64,000 bases of DNA from Cenococcum geophilum (taxonomy: Eukaryota). Location of the stretch: the NCBI GenBank assembly GCA_050273025.1, contig CP158635.1, forward strand, positions 31,310,001 through 31,374,000, given 5' to 3'. A program made the position numbers and the translations under genes. The first letter of the stretch is position 1. Each line of letters opens with the position of its first letter. The notes beneath the pieces were generated by a model. It was given only the letters and a program-made list of their open reading frames with translations, was not told the DNA's origin and searched no databases. Positions 13,101-28,800 of the stretch are shown here, piece by piece.

Positions 13101-14109
13101 GGCATTAAGCTAAAGCTTTTTACAGCTTACTACCCCCAGATAGACGGTTAGATAAAGATTATAAATTAGTACCTAGACCAGAGGCTTAGGCCCTTTATTA
13201 ACTATTTCTAGGATAACTAGTTTAAACTACTACCCTTAATAGACTACGCGTAAGCAACCCTACCCTATAACTCTATAGGGTTTACCCCGATTTAGCTAGA
13301 AATAGAATACTTACCCTATATAAGCTTTAACTAGAAAAGGCTAAAAGAACCCTAGATTATATAAGAGAAGCTATTCTATACTAAGACCTAATAGTACGCC
13401 AAATAATTAGAGGAGGTCTAGACGGTAGCCCGCGAGAACCTAGAAAAAGCTTAGAGGTTAATAGAATAGTAGGCGAACAAACACCGTTAAGAGCCCGATT
13501 TTGCCCCTGGCGATATAGTCTGGGTTACTATAAGGAATTAGAAGACCAAACGACCTAGCCATAAGCTAGACTACTAGATAGTAGGACTATATAAAGTTCT
13601 TAAAAAGATAGGCAACTTATTTAAGATAAAACTCCCAGATTTAATTAGGGTTTACCCTATCTTCTTACTAGATAAGTTACGGAAAGCTATAAACAACCTA
13701 TTACCTAGACGAAAGAATAAGCCTCCCCTACTAGTTTAAGTAAACGGTAATAATAAATAGGAGGTTAATAAAATACTAGCCTATAAGATAGTATAGGGAA
13801 TGCTAAAATACCGTATCTAATAGAAGGGCTATAATTCTAACCTAACCTAGTACCCTATATAGAACTTTATAGGCTACCCCTAAAAGCTTAAAGAATTTTA
13901 TAACTAATACCCTAATACGCCTAGCCCCCTAAAGTACCTAAACGAATAAATAGAATGCTAGCATAATAAAGATAATAAGTTACTGGAAGAATATAGGGAC
14001 AAAAACGCCCTAAAGCCCTAATACAGCTATCTACCAAATTCTGCCATATTCTGCCGTTTTCTGTTAGTACCGTAAAATATTAGATATCTAGGAACTTTGA
14101 TCGCCGATT

Positions 14110-14301
14110 TATTACGGCACCGTAACGCGTAACCTAGACAGGGAGCCTAGTCAGGGGTTCGGCTAAGGACTTAGCGTTATAACGCGTATATATTACGCCT
14201 CTACCTCCTATACATACCTCTCCTCTTCTCCTTAGCTTAGTATCTTCGTAATATAGCATTCTACAAGCTTCGGTTCAGAGGCATTTATATAAGCCGTAAC
14301 A
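14110..14301 (+). repeat. 5' LTR of gypsy copy 2
   Basis: TATTACGG...CCGTAACA; near-identical to 30609-30800. Confidence 0.92.
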
Positions 14302-17300
14302 TTATACTAAGCTCACCCTACCCTACCTAAGAAGGCCTTAATAATATCCCACCCTAAAAGAAACTTCGTCTGCAACAACGCGTTAACGCGCTACACTTAG
14401 ACACTAAAACAACTCTATATTACCTGGGAAGGCCTAGATAATATCCCACCTTATAAGCCAGACAGGACTAGACCTATACCCCTAAAATTAAAACTAAAGC
14501 GTACGATACCGATAAACCTTAGGAAGCTAATAATAGCGCCTAAAGTAAGCTTATCTAAGAGAGCTGCCTCTACCTAAGAGGAACCTAAGATCTAATTAGG
14601 ATTAGAAATTAAAGATAATAATAACATTGTAGACGTACGCGAGTAGATTCGCGCCCTTATAGCTAGCCAGAAAGCCAATCGTCTTAAAGCAAGAAATATA
14701 TAAGAGACCCTACAAGAGATCCTAGAAAGCCTTACGGCCCTATAAAATAGCCCAGCTTCCCCTTTTTAAAGCCCTAGCTAACCTATTTACTCTACTAAAT
14801 ATAATATACTAGGGAGTACGGATATAATAATAAAGTAATTAAAGTCCGTTAAGCTCCCTAACCCCCCACCACTATCTAACAGGATAGACCCTACCTTTAA
14901 GAATTAGAGGATTTAAGTATAAGAAAAGCTCCGTATTAACCATAACCATTTCCTTTCTAAAGAAGCTAAAATGCTCTACCTATTTAGTCAAACCACTAGG
15001 GACGCCCAATAGCACCTCTAAGCCAAGTTTGAGGACGATTCCCCTATCCAATTTACATCTATTAATAAGATAATACGGCACCTAGCAGCTATCTATATTA
15101 ACTCGAATAAAGTATAGAACGCCTAGTATAACTATAATTACCTAATAATAAAACCGAACTAACCCTTTACTAAATTCTAGACTTAATTCCTATACCTTAT
15201 AGGAGAAGGCTAGGTTCCCCTTAAGAACTACTAATTAGACCTATACAATAAGCTAACAATTTGGCTATAAGAGAAGATTGCTATAACCTTAGACAACCTA
15301 CCAACTTATAATAAACTTGCAGCCTATTGCCTATTATTAAACTTAAAACTAAAGCAGATTAAAGCCTGTCCTAATTAGTAGAAGCAACTCTATAGCGACT
15401 GGAACTCACTAACTATACCTATAGGAGCTAGAGCAGGAAGATAAGTTACGACTACTCTTATACTAAAAGCGGTTATAACTACGCACTAGCGAGTGACGCC
15501 CGACTAGCCACGTACCACGCTATTAACTAGTATTCGCTATAATACTCCAATTAACCCTGCCTCGGCCACGTGCTATAACTATAATAAGGAGGGTTACTTT
15601 ACCTCGTCTTGCCCAGAGCTAAAGGATATAGGCGATATTAAGGAGATAGAGGAAGGAGAGACGTCTAATAAGTCAGGAAAAGAAGAACCCTAGGGAAAGA
15701 CTCCCCCCTAGGGTACCCTATTGATCTTAAAGAGATTAATCTAAGTTAGTTAATAGGTGGAAAACACTTTACGGTTTTATGTACGGTATCTTAAAATAGA
15801 TATAGTATTAACACAACCGCCCTTATTAACACTAGAGCAAATAGTTTTGCCTTTATAAATACTGCCTATATAAATAACGTTGCTAAGTTTCTAAATATAA
15901 AAGCCACTAGACTAGAGAAGCCTATTTAAGTAAGAGGATATAGCGGTTAGGCCGGTAAGCCAGTTACCTATATCCTAAAGTTATATATCGCTCTTAACGG
16001 ACAACGCCAGTACGATATCCCCTTTTGTATCCTAGACCTAGGGTCCCATAATATAATCCTTAGCCGAAAATAGATGTCCTATTTTAATATTTGGCTAAAT
16101 ATACAATAAAGATAATTCGTCTAGCTAAAGGATAGACTAAAATTACCTTCCTTTACTAGGGAAATCCGAACTAACCGCAAGACACTAGCCGCAAGGGCTA
16201 ACCCTACCTATTAGTAGGATATTAGGGACCGCGACCTAGCCTTTACCTAAGAAGATGCCCGTTATAAGGCTGGAAGGAACTCTTTTATACCAATAAAGAT
16301 ACTCCCCCGGAGCGCTACGGTTAACAAGAACTCTATATACGGCAGTAGGATAAATAGCGACGTAGACAACATCCAAATTACGCAGATCTAACCAATATAG
16401 AAGAGAACATACTAATAGGATATAAGAGATAACCTCCGAAAGATACAACAGGAGCTAAAAGAAGTAATAATAACGCCTTTACCCCAGAAGCCCCTAAGGT
16501 CCTATACACCCCCATTATTATATAACCCCCCTATAGTAGATATCGCGGCAATTAGCGCTATAGTATTTTACTTTAATATATACAGGAGGGATAATAAGGT
16601 CTTTACAACTAGCTTATATAAAATTAACCAGATCATTAATAAGAGGGAAGAAAAGCTAGCTAAGGAAACTAATAAGGAACTAGTTAAACGCCTCCTCCCT
16701 ACTACTTATACGGGATATAAGAATGTATTCTTAAAAGCGGCTTTAGATAAGTTACCTCCTTACCAGACGTACGATTATAGGATTTAATTAAAAGCCAATA
16801 ACTTGCTAGAATATAGCCCTCTATACTAATAATTAACGGATAAGCTAAAAGCAATAAAGTAGTACTTAATTAAGAACCTTAATAAAGGGTTTATCGAGCC
16901 AAGCTAAGCCCCTTTTACTTCCCCTATCCTATTTATAAAAAAGCCTAATAGGGGCCTTCGCTTCTGTATTAACTACTAAAAGCTAAACGCTATTACTTAA
17001 AAGGATTAGTATCCTATTCCTTTAATTAATAATACCCTTACACATCTAAGCTAGGTAAAGATCTTTACCAAACTTAATATCCGCCAAGCTTTCTACTAAA
17101 TTAAGATAGACCCTATATCTAAAGATTTAACAACGTTTTATACCCGTTATGGGTCCTATAAATATAAAGTCCTTCCTTTTAAACTAACAAATAGGCCAGC
17201 TATATACCAAAGGTATATAAACGATGTCCTTTTTAACTACCTTAATAAATTCTGTATAGTATACCTAGACGACATCCTTATATACTTAGACGACGAACTT

Positions 17301-18780
17301 AAGTATAAAGTTTATATAAAGAAGGTCCTAGAGAAACTACGGAACGCAGGCTTATAAGTTAATATTAAAAAATGCAAATTCGGAGTAAAACGTATAAAGT
17401 ACCTTAGGTTTATTATTACTATAGAAGGAATTAAAGTTAATCCTAAGAAGGTTAAAGTAATCCGCAACTAGAAACCCCCTTATACCATAAAAGGGATCTA
17501 GTCCTTCCTTAGTTTTTATAACTTCTACTACTAGTTTATCCGTAACTATAGAGTTATAGCTAAGCCTCTAATACAACTTACCCGGAAAGACACGCCCTTT
17601 ATCTTTAATAGTAACTATATAAAAGCCTTTAAAGAGTTAAAAGAGCGGCTTATCTCTTCTCTAATCCTTTATTACTATAACCTAGACCTTAAATTAATAT
17701 TAGAAACGGATGCTTCTAATAGAGTTATAGCGGGAATCCTATTACAGCTACATTAAAACAGCGAATAGTACCCTATCGCCTTCTTCTTAAAAATAATAGA
17801 CCCGGCTAAGTATAACTACGAAATACATAATAAAGAAATGCTAGCTATTATTTAATTACTATCCTAATAGCGCGCGGAGCTTAAAGGTACGAACTCCCGG
17901 ATTAAGATATATACAGATTATAAGGCCCTAGAGTACTTTATAACTATAAAGCAGCTTACTAAACGGGAAGCTTAGTAGGCTAAAGTACTCTCCTAATTCT
18001 TCTTTATAATTATATATCGTTCTAATAAGTAAAACTCTAAGGCTAATGCCCTAACTTAAAGAAAATAAGATATAGGACCCTAAGACAAGCTAAAGACCTA
18101 ATACCGGACGCGCGCGCTCCTCTATCCTAAACAGCTCGACCCACGGATCCTTAAGGAGCTAAACTCCTAGTAAAACGAGCTAGCACTAATAGAGGAGTCC
18201 TTAGACAAACTAATAGGGCTAATTAACCGCCTCCTAACTGTAAACCGCACGGCTAACGCCCTAAAGGCCCTCCGTAATTAAGCTGTAAGAGAAAACCCCA
18301 ATCTTAAAATAGAGGAAGGATTGCTTCTATATTAAGAGCGGCTTATAGTCCCTAATATTAACAATCTACGGACTAAACTAATTCGCGAAGCCCATTGCTA
18401 AGTTTCTACGGTATACCCCGGCAAGAACAAGACCCATAAAATTATTAGCGGCCGCTACTACTAGCCCAGGATAGCTATAGACATTAATCAATATATACGG
18501 AACTGCGATAACTGCTAAAGAGCTATAATCCTATAAGATAAGACCCTAGGACTACTAAAACCGCTCCTAATACTAAAGCGCCCCTAGCAATATCTCTATA
18601 GACTTCTATAAACTACCTATAGACCATAACGGATATAATATGGTTATAATCCTAGTTAACCGCTTTAGCAAGCGCCTATTCTTAATCCCCTACTATAAGA
18701 ATATTAATGCTAAAGAGGCGGCCCAGCTATATATCCACTACGTCTACTAAATTTACGGACTACTAGACACTATTATATCT

Positions 18781-21700
18781 ATCACATATCGGGGGGGCTG
18801 ATTTAGCGCGGTTATAACCCGGGTTAATACGAGGTTAGGGCCACCCCTGCTGATAACGCGCCCGAACCCCGCATAAGGTCGCGCAGTAACCGCCCCCAAG
18901 TACTTTCACACGCGATTTTGGGCGAAAAGGTATATAATTTATATTAGATCGGTACTTCTAGACGGTCGCGTAATGTTGCTCTGAATTTACAATACCTAAA
19001 TAGGCTTTATTCCTATATTAAGGCGTCTTAGTTACTATAGTATAGTCCTATATTAAGACGTTTTGGTTACTATAGTATAGTCCTATATTAAGGCGTCTTA
19101 ATTAATGCAGTGCAGTTATATATTAAGGCGTTTTAGTTACTATAGTGTAGTTCTGCGTTAAGGCGTCTTAGTTACTATAGTGCAGTTATATATTAAGGCG
19201 TCTTAGTTACTGTAGTGCAGTCCTATATTAAGACGTCTTAGTTACTAGTATAGTCCTATATTAAGGCGTCTTAGTTATTATAGTAAAATAGGTATTATCT
19301 ACTACTTAAAAGGGAGCCTCCTTTACCCTAAATATTCTTATAAAGCTAATCTAAAGAATACTAACCTCGTAGCTATTCCAGCTAATTAATAGCCTATCTC
19401 TTATCTCTTGCCGTACCATCTTCTACGCGCCGTCTTATATCCTTAATAATTCTACGGCGACGGCTATAGAATATAGCCTTACTATTAACCCACTAGCGTG
19501 CCCCCTAGTAGTAATTAAGAGCTTTAATTAACAGCCTACCTACTAGCCCTAAAGTCTACTTAGTCTAGAGCTAGAAGACTAAATTACCGCCTTAAAGCAT
19601 TTTATATTTTCTTAGCGGCGCCTATAAGTTAAGGATAAATAGGAGAAATAATTAAGTATTAGCTTATGCCTACGCTAGTAGGGGCGATGTGGATATAGTA
19701 AATAGCTAAGCAGGCGGTACGGATATTATAAACGGCTAAGTAAATAGTGCGGATATTATAGATAGCTAAGCGGATAGTGCGGATATTATAGACGGCTAAG
19801 CGGATAGTGTGGATATTATAAACGGCGGCTAAGCGGGCAGTACGGATATTGTAGACGGCTAAGTAGGCGGCGCGGATATAGTAGATATTATAGTAGACGG
19901 CGTAGGCTCGCCTAAAGGTGGACGTATAGACTCTATAGGCCCTATCTAAATACCTATTTTTTCTTACTAGATCTATATAGGTGCGAATAATGCTAATAAC
20001 CTTTCTATTTCGCTAAGGCGTTCTAAAATCGTCTATACGTGTAATTAAACCCCCTTTACCTTAGAGATCGCGGCTTTATATCTTAGCTTAGCTACAGCCT
20101 TATAGGCGGGCTAGTATTTCCGCATTATTAGCTTATTTGGCGTAACTATATTAGCTAGTAAGCTTTCTACTTGCGTAGCGAACCTCTAGTACTCCTTACA
20201 GCTAAAGAGGGGGTCCTTTTATAGGGGGTAGAGCGGGAACTGCTTACGTAGGATTACTAAGTCCTATAATAGGATTACCCTAAGCGCGTAGAGAAGGCGT
20301 AGAAATCCTAAGCCCGTAAGGTCAAGCCATATAACCTTATTATCGGCCCTACCTAGGTAGTAGGCCTCTATGCGTTTTAGCTAGACGTTAGTTTTAGGCC
20401 ATATTTTTAAATAGAGGGCTTCCTCTAGCACCTCCTATGCGTGGGGGAGAAAGTAGCCCTTTCCTTTCTTTAGGAAGCCAGTAATCGACCGTATAAACGT
20501 ACGGGGTAGGTAGCTAAGGTAGGCTCCTATTATCGCGTCTATATTCCAGCATCCGGCCTATCTAATTTAGGTCTTCTTAACGCCGCTAAGCTTAGTATAT
20601 TAGACGCTCTGCTTATAGGCGCTATAGGTCTTCTCCTTTAAGTAAATTCCTACCCCCTAGAATATCTTTTTATTCTATTTAAACTACGTATAATAGCTTA
20701 GCGGCCGTTACGGTACTTTAATACTGCTAGGGAAGACATATAGGTTATAGTAGTCCTCCAGCTACCGAAAAGATGGAAAGCTCTTAGTGCCATCTTTACC
20801 CCAGCGGTTAAAGAAGTAGAAAGCTACTATAGAGAGGGGGTAAAGGATAGGGTTAGCGTTCTATATATAGCCTATATACTTAACCTTACTATGCTAATTT
20901 TACTTCCCTTATATTATTAATATAATTATACACAGCGCTAACTTATCTAGTTTAGGCCCTTTATTCTCTAATTTAATAAGGATAAGATTAGCAAGCTAAA
21001 TATCTTATCTACTTTTACTATAGGTAATAGTAGTATAGCTTAAGAAACGGGTTAGAAAACGGCAGTTATATAGACTAAATAAGGTATATATAAACCTAAT
21101 AAATACTTAGCTGCAGTTTAAAGGTAAGACTTAACTAAACCTAGTATCTTAGAGCCCGTCTCCTAGCACTAAGTAATTGCCTTTTTAAGCCCTTTAACGT
21201 TATAGCCGCTAGTAATTATAAATAGGCCTTAATTAATAAAGTTAACGCGTTAAATCCGGTCCTTGTTACGGCGGACGCTATTTAGTACTACTAAAAGCTT
21301 TGCCCCCTATAGCGGCTGCGAGGTTTTACCTTCTAACTACTATACGTAAAGCTTGGTAATAGCGGAGACGTAGCTATTTATAACTAAGTATTGGACTATT
21401 TTATTAAATAGGGCGTCTAGGGCCTCCTTGTCCTATATCTCCCCTTCCTTCTTTATAGCTTCCTCCCCTATACCTACGGCTGCCCCTATAGCTGCCCCTA
21501 CGGCTACCTTCCCCCCTAGCTACTTTACCTACTTGACTATCTTCTGCCTCTTCTTTACCCGCTCGCTATCTTTCTATATCTCTTTCTGTTTTAACTTCCG
21601 TTTTTAATAGCTAGCAGCCTATAATTCTTAGTTAATAACTTACTACTCTAAAAATAGGTAAAGCTTATCTTCTATTACCTAGGCGCTATCTATATTACCT

Positions 21701-22308
21701 TTTAGTCTTACGCACCAGTCTTCCTACTCTTTCTACTTTAGCTTATACGCCCTTATAGTATTCTTTAAGCGCTAGGCCTTATAAATATTGTATAGCCGTA
21801 CTATTTAGGCCTTAAATTCGCTCTAGAGGCTATAGGGGGAGGAGGTTAGGGGGGCTTTTGTTGACTATAAAGTAGACCATAGGGTAAGGAGATTCTTAAA
21901 AGACTCTATATCCGTAAAAGGTAAGGGGGAGACGCGTAAGCGCGGCGTAGGTAAATAAAGCCACTAAACACGTAAATATTAAAGGAGAAGAAGGAGAAGA
22001 GGGCTCTATATTATATAATTATAATTACGGTAGGCCTTTCTATATAAAATTAGAAGCTCTACGCAAGCTAGCGCGGGTATAAGGATAGGAGAAGGTTGGA
22101 AAATAGATTATCGAGGCGATAGTGAGGTTAAAGGCGCGCTAAGGCCCTCTATATTAACCTAGTACTAACCTAAACCTTAAAAACGCGTCTAAAAAGTAGG
22201 GGCCACCACTAAAGGGGGGGGGGTGATATTTGGACGATATGTTGCGGACCTTAGGGGGTTATATATAACTTAAGGTTATGCTAAGCCTAATCTAAACCTC
22301 CGATACCT
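18781..22308 (-). mobile_element. Crypton (tyrosine-recombinase DNA transposon) copy 1 of a tandem triplet
   Basis: Minus-strand relic ORF at about 19300-21910. It shows EKTYSAYK..AGCWN..GAYLSYLPR (de-RIPs to HxxR...W...Y) at about 20470-20640 and a Gcr1_C-like segment (VF*L*TK*TLGL...FYSRRRRII) at about 19440-19600. A 35-bp tandem repeat lies at 19011-19285. Confidence 0.88.
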
Positions 22309-25300
22309 ATTATATATTAAGGGGGCTAATTTGGCATAGTTACGACCTAGGTTAATATAAGGTTAGGGCTACCCCTACTAATAACGCGCCTAAACCCTAT
22401 ATAAGGTCGCGTAGTAACCGCCCCTAAGTACTTTCGCACGCGATTTTGGGCGAAAAGGTATATAATTTATGTTAGATTGGTACTTCTAGACGGTCACGTA
22501 ATATTACTTTAAATTTATAACACCTAAATAGGCTCTATTCCTATATTAAGGCGTCTTAGTTATTATAGTGCAGTCCTATATTAAGATATCTCGGTTACTA
22601 TAGTATAGTCCTATATTAAGGCGTCTCAGTTAATATAGTGCAGTTATATATTAAGGCGTTTTAGTTACTATAGTATAGTTCTGCGTTAAGGCGTCTTAGT
22701 TACTATAGTATAGTTATATATTAAGGCGTCTTAGTTACTATAGTATAGTCCTATATTAAGACGTCTTAGTTACTAGTATAGTCCTATATTAAGGCGTCTC
22801 GGTTACTATAGTAAAATAGGTATTATCTACTACTTAAGAGGGAGCCTCTTTTGCCCTAGATATTCTTATAAAGCTAATTTAAAGAATGCTAACCTTATAG
22901 CTATTCCAACTAGTTAATAGCCTATCTTTTATCTTTTGCCGTACCGTCTTCTACGCGCCGTTTTATATCCTTAATAATTTTACGGCGACGGCTATAGAAT
23001 ATAGCCTCGCCATTAACTTGCTAGCGTACCCCCTAGCAGTAATTAAGAGCTTTAATTAATAGCCTACCCGCTAGCCCTAAAGTTCACTTAATCTAGAGCT
23101 AGAAGACTAAATTACCGCCTTAAAGCATTTTATATTTCCTTAGCGGCGTCTATAAGTTAAGGATAAATAGGAGAGATAATTAAGTATTAGCTTATGCCTG
23201 CGCTAGTAGGGGCGATGCGAATATAGTAAACGGCTAAGTGGGCGGTACGGATATTATAAACGGCTGAGCGGATAGTGCGGATATTGTAAACGGCTAAGCA
23301 AACGGTGTAGATATTGTAGACGGCTAAGCGGACGGTGTGGATATTATAGACGGCGGCTAAGTAGGTAGTATAGATATTGTAAACGGCTAAATAGGCGGCG
23401 TGGATATAGTAGACATTATAGTAAACGGCGTGGGCTCGCCTAAAGATGGACATATGGACTCCGTAGGCCCTATTTAAATACTTATCTTCCCTTACTAGAT
23501 CTATATAGGTGTAAATAATACTAATAACCTTTTTATTTTGCTAAGGCGTTCTAAAATCGTCTACACGCGTAATTAAACCCCCTTTACCTTAGAGATTGCG
23601 GCCTTATATTTTAGCTTAGCTACAGCCTTATAGGCGGGCTAGTATTTCCGTATTATTAGCTTATCTAGCGTAACTATATTAGCTAGTAAGCTTTCTACCT
23701 ATGTGGCGAACCTCTAGTACTCCTTATAGCTAAAGAGGGGGTCCTTCTATAAGGGGTAGAGCGGGAACTGCTTGCGTAGGATTACTAAGTCCTATAATAG
23801 GATTACCCTAAGCGTGTGGAGGAGGCGTAGAAATCCTAAGCCCGTAAGGTTAAGCTATATAACCTTATTATCGGCCCTACCTAAATAATAAGCCTCTATG
23901 CGTTTTAGCTAGACGTTAGTCTTAGGCTATATCTTTAAACAGAGGGCCTCCTCTAGCACCTCCTATGCGTGGGGGAGAAAGTAGCCCTTTCCTTTCTTTA
24001 GGAAGCCGGTAATTGACCGCATAAACGCATAGGGTAGGTAGCTAAGGTAGGCTCCTATTATTGCGTCTATATTCTAGCGTCTAGCCTATCTAATTTAGGT
24101 CTCCTTAACGCCGCTAAGCTTAGTATATTAGACGCTCTGCTTATAGGCGCTATAGGTTTTCTCCTTTAAGTAAATTTCTACCCCCTAGAACATCTTTTTA
24201 TTCTATTTAAACTACATATAATAGCTTAGCGGCCGTTACGGTACTTTAATACTACTAAGGAAGACGTATAGGTTATAGTAGTCCTCTAGCTACTAAAAAG
24301 ATAGGAAGCTCTTAGCGCCATCTTTACCCTAGCGGTTAAAGAAGTAGAAGGCTACTATAGAGAGGGGGTAGAGGATAGGGTTAGCGTTCCGTATATAGCC
24401 TATATACTTAACCTTACCGTTCTAATTCTACTTCCCTTATATTATTAATATAATTATATACGGCGCTAACTTGTTTGGTTTAGGCCCTTTATTCTCTAAT
24501 TTAATAAGGATAAGGTTAGTAAGCTAAACGTCTTATCTACTTTTACTATAGGTAATAGTAGTATGGCCTAAGAAACGGGTTAGAAAACGGTAGCTATATA
24601 GACTAGATAAGGTATATACGAACCTAATAAATACTTAGCTGCAGTTTAAAGGTAAGACTTAACTAAACCTAGCATCTTAGAGCCCGTCTCTTAGTACTAA
24701 GTAATTGCCTTTTTAAGCCCTTTAATATTATAGCCGCTAGTAATTATAAATAGGCCTTAATTAATAAAGTTAACGCGTTAAATCTGGTCCTTGTCACGGC
24801 GGACGCTATCTAGTACTGCTAAAAGCTTTACCCCTTATAGCGGCTATGAGGTTTTGCCTTCTAACTACTATATATAAAGCTTGGTAATAGCAGAGACATA
24901 GCTATTTATAATTAAGTATTAGACTATTTTATTAAATAGGGCGTCTAGGGCCTTCTCGTCCCATATCTCCCCTTCCTCCTTTATAGCTTCCTCCCCTATA
25001 CCTATAGCTGCCCCTATAGCTGCCCCTATAGCTGCCTTCCCCCCTAGCTGCCCTACCTACTTAACTGTCTTTTACCTCTTCTTTACCCGCTCGCTATCTT
25101 TCTATATTTCTTTCTGTTTTAACTTCCGTTTTTAATAGCCAGCAGCCTATAATTCTTGGTTAATAACTTACTACTTTAAAAATAGGCAAAGCTTATCTTC
25201 TATTACCTAGGCGCCGTCTATATTACCTTCTAGTCTCGCGTACTAGTCTTCCCACTCTTTCTACTTTGGCTTGTACGCCCTTATAGTATTCTTTAAGCAC

Positions 25301-25835
25301 TAGGCCTTATAAATATCGTCTAGCTGTACTATCTGGGCCTTAAATTCGCTTTAAAGGCTATAGGGGGAGGAGGCTAGGGGGGCTTCTGTTGACCGTAAAG
25401 TGGACTATAGGGTAAGGAGATTCTTAAAAGACTCTATATCCATAAGAGGTAAGGGGGAGACGCGTAAGCGTAGTGTGGGTAAATAAAGCTACTAAACACG
25501 TAAATATTAAAGGAGAAGAAGGAGAAGAGGGCTCTATATTATACAATTATAATTATAGTAGGCCTTTTTATATAAAATTAGAAGCCTTATATAAGCTAGC
25601 GCGGGTATAAGGATAGGAGAGGGTTGGAAAATAGATCGTTAAGGTAATAGTAAGGTTAAAGGCGCGCTAAGGCCCTTTATACTAACCTAGTACTAACCTA
25701 GGCCTTAAAAACGCGTTTAAAAAGTAGGGGCCACTACTAAAGGGGGGGGGTAATATTTGGACGATATGTTGCGGACCTTAGGGGGTTATATATAACCTAA
25801 GGTTATGCTAAGCCTAACCTAGACCTCTAATACCT
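22309..25835 (-). mobile_element. Crypton copy 2
   Basis: 3527-bp direct repeat of 18781-22308 with independent RIP changes. Confidence 0.88.
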
Positions 25836-28800
25836 ATCACATATTAGGGGGGCTAATTTGGCGTGGTTATAACCCGGGTTAATATAAGGTTAGGGCTACC
25901 CCTATTAATAACGCGCCCGAACCCCATATGAGGTCGCGTAGTAACCGCCCCTAAGTACTTTCGTACGCGATTTTAGGCGAAAAGGTATATAATTTATATT
26001 AGATTGGTACTTCTAGACGGTTATATAATATTACTCTAAATTTACAACACCTAAATAGGCTCTATTCCTATATTAAGGCGTCTTAGTTACTATAATGCAG
26101 TCCTATATTAAGACGTCTCAGTTACTATAGTATAGTCTTATATTAAGGCGTCTTAGTTAATACAGTGCAGTTATATATTAAGGCGTTTTAGTTACTATAG
26201 TGTAGTTTTACGTTAAGGCGTCTTAGTTACTATAGTACAGTTATATATTAAGGCGTCTTAGTTACTATAGTGCAGTCCTATATTAAGACGTCTCGGTTAC
26301 TAGTATAGTCCTATATTAAGGTATCTTAGTTACTATAGTAAAATAGGTATTATCTACTACTTAAAAGGGAGCCTCCCCTACCCTAAATATTCTTATAAAG
26401 CTAATCTAAAGAATGCCGACCTTATAGCTGTTCTAGCTAGTTAATAGCCTATCTCTTATCTCTTATTATACCGTCTTCTACACGCCGTCTTCTATCCTTA
26501 ATAATCCTACGGCGACGGCTATAGAATATAGCCTCGCCGTTAACCCGCTAGCGTGCCCCCTAGTAGTAATTAAGAGCTTTAATTAACGGCCCACCCGCTA
26601 GCCCTAAAGTCTACTTAGTCTAGAGCTAGAAGACTAAATTACCGCCTTAAAGCATTTTATATTTCCTTAGCGGCGCCTATAAGTTAAGGATAAATAGGAG
26701 AGATAATTAAGTATTAGCTTATACCTACGCTAATAGGGGTAATACAGATATAGTAGACGGCTAAGTAGGCGGTGCGGATATTATAGACGGCTAAGTAAAC
26801 GGTGCGGATATTATAAATAGCTAAGTGGATAGTGCGGATATTATAGACGGCTAAGCGGACGGTGCGGATATTGTAGATGGCGGCTAAGTAGGCAGTATAG
26901 ATATTATAGACGGCTAAGCAGGCGGCGTAGATATAGTAAATATTATAGTAGACGGCGTAGGCTCGCCTAAAGGTAGATATACGGACTCTATAGGCCCTAT
27001 TTAAATACCTATCTTCCCTTACTAGATCTATATAAGTGCGAATAATGCTAATAACCTTTCTATTTTGCTAAGGCGTTTTAAGATTGTCTATACACGTAAT
27101 TAAACCCCCTTTACCTTAAAGATCGCGGCCTTATATCTTAGCTTAGCTACGGCCTTATAGGTGGGCTAGTATTTCCGCATTATTAGCTTATTTAGCGTAA
27201 CTATATTAGCTAGCAAGCTTTCTACCCGTGTGGCGAACCTTTAGTACTCCTTATAGCTAAAGAGGGGGTCCTTTTATAGGGAGTGGAGCGGGAACTACTT
27301 ATGTAGGATTATTAAGTCCTGTAATAGGATTACCCTAAGCGCGCAGAGGAGGTATAAAAATCCTAAGCCTATAAGGTTAAGCTATACGACCTTATTATCG
27401 GCCCTACCTAAGTAGTAGGCCTCTATACGTTTTAGCTAGACGTTAGTCTTAGGCTATATCTTTAAATAGAGGGCCTCCTCTAGCACCTCCCGTATGCGGG
27501 GGAGAAAGTAGCCCTTTCTTTCCTTTAGGAAGCCGGCAATCGACTATATAAACGCACGGGGTAGGTAGCTAAGGTAGGCTCCTATTATCGCGTCCGTATT
27601 CTAGCGTCCGGCCTATCTAATTTAGGTCTCCTTAATGCCGCTAAGCTTAGTATATTAGACGCTCTGCTTATAGGCGCTATAGGTCTTCTCCTTTAAGTAA
27701 ATTCCTACCCCCTAGAATATTTTTTTATTTTATTTAAACTACATATAATAGCTTAGCGGCTATTATAGTACTTTAATACTGCTAGGGAAGACATATAGGT
27801 TATAGTAGTCCTTTAACTACTAAAAAGATGGGAAGCTTTTAGCGCTATCTTTACTCTAGCGGTTAAAGAAGTAGAAGGCTACTATAGAGAGGGGGTAGAG
27901 AATAGGGTCAGCGTTCCGCATATAGCCTATATACTTAACCTTGCTATACTAATTCTACTTCCCTTATATTATTAACATAATTATATACGGCGCTAACTCG
28001 TTTAGTTTAGGCCCTTTATTCTTTAATTTAATAAGGATAAAGTTAGCAAGCTAAACGTCTTATCTACTTTTACTATAGGTAATAGTAGTATAGCTTAAGA
28101 AACGGGTTAGAAAACGGTAGCTATATAGACTAAATAAGGTATATACAAACCTAATAAATGCTTAGCTATAGTTTAAAGGTAAGATTTAATTAAACCTGGC
28201 ATCTTAAAGCCCGTCTCCCAGCACTAAGTAATTACCTTTTTAAGCCCTTTAACGTTATAGCCGCTAGTAATTATAAATAGGCCTTAATTAATAAAGTTAA
28301 CGCGTTAAATCCGGTCCTTATTATGGCGGACACTATCTAGTACTGCTAAAAGCTTTGCCCCCTATAGCGGCTGCAAGGTCTTACCTTCTAACTACTACGC
28401 GTAAAGCTCGGTAATAGCGAAGACGTAGCTATTTATAACTAAGTATTAAACTATCTCATTAAATAGGGCATCTAGGGCCTCCTCGTCCTATATCTCCCCT
28501 TCCTCTTTTATAGCTTCCTCCCCTATACCTACAGCTGCCCCTATAGCTACCCCTACGGCTATCTTCCCCCCTAGCTACCCTACTCGCTTAACTGTCTTCT
28601 GCCTCTTCTTTACCCGCTCGCTATCTTTCTATATCTCTTTCTGTTTTAACTTCCGTTTTTAATAGCTAGCAGCCCATAATTCTTAGTTAACAACTTACTG
28701 CTCTAAAAATAGGTAAAGCTTATTTTCTGTTACCTAGGCGCAGTCTATATTGCCTTTCAGTCTTATATACTAGTCTTCCCACTCTTTCTACTTTGGCTTA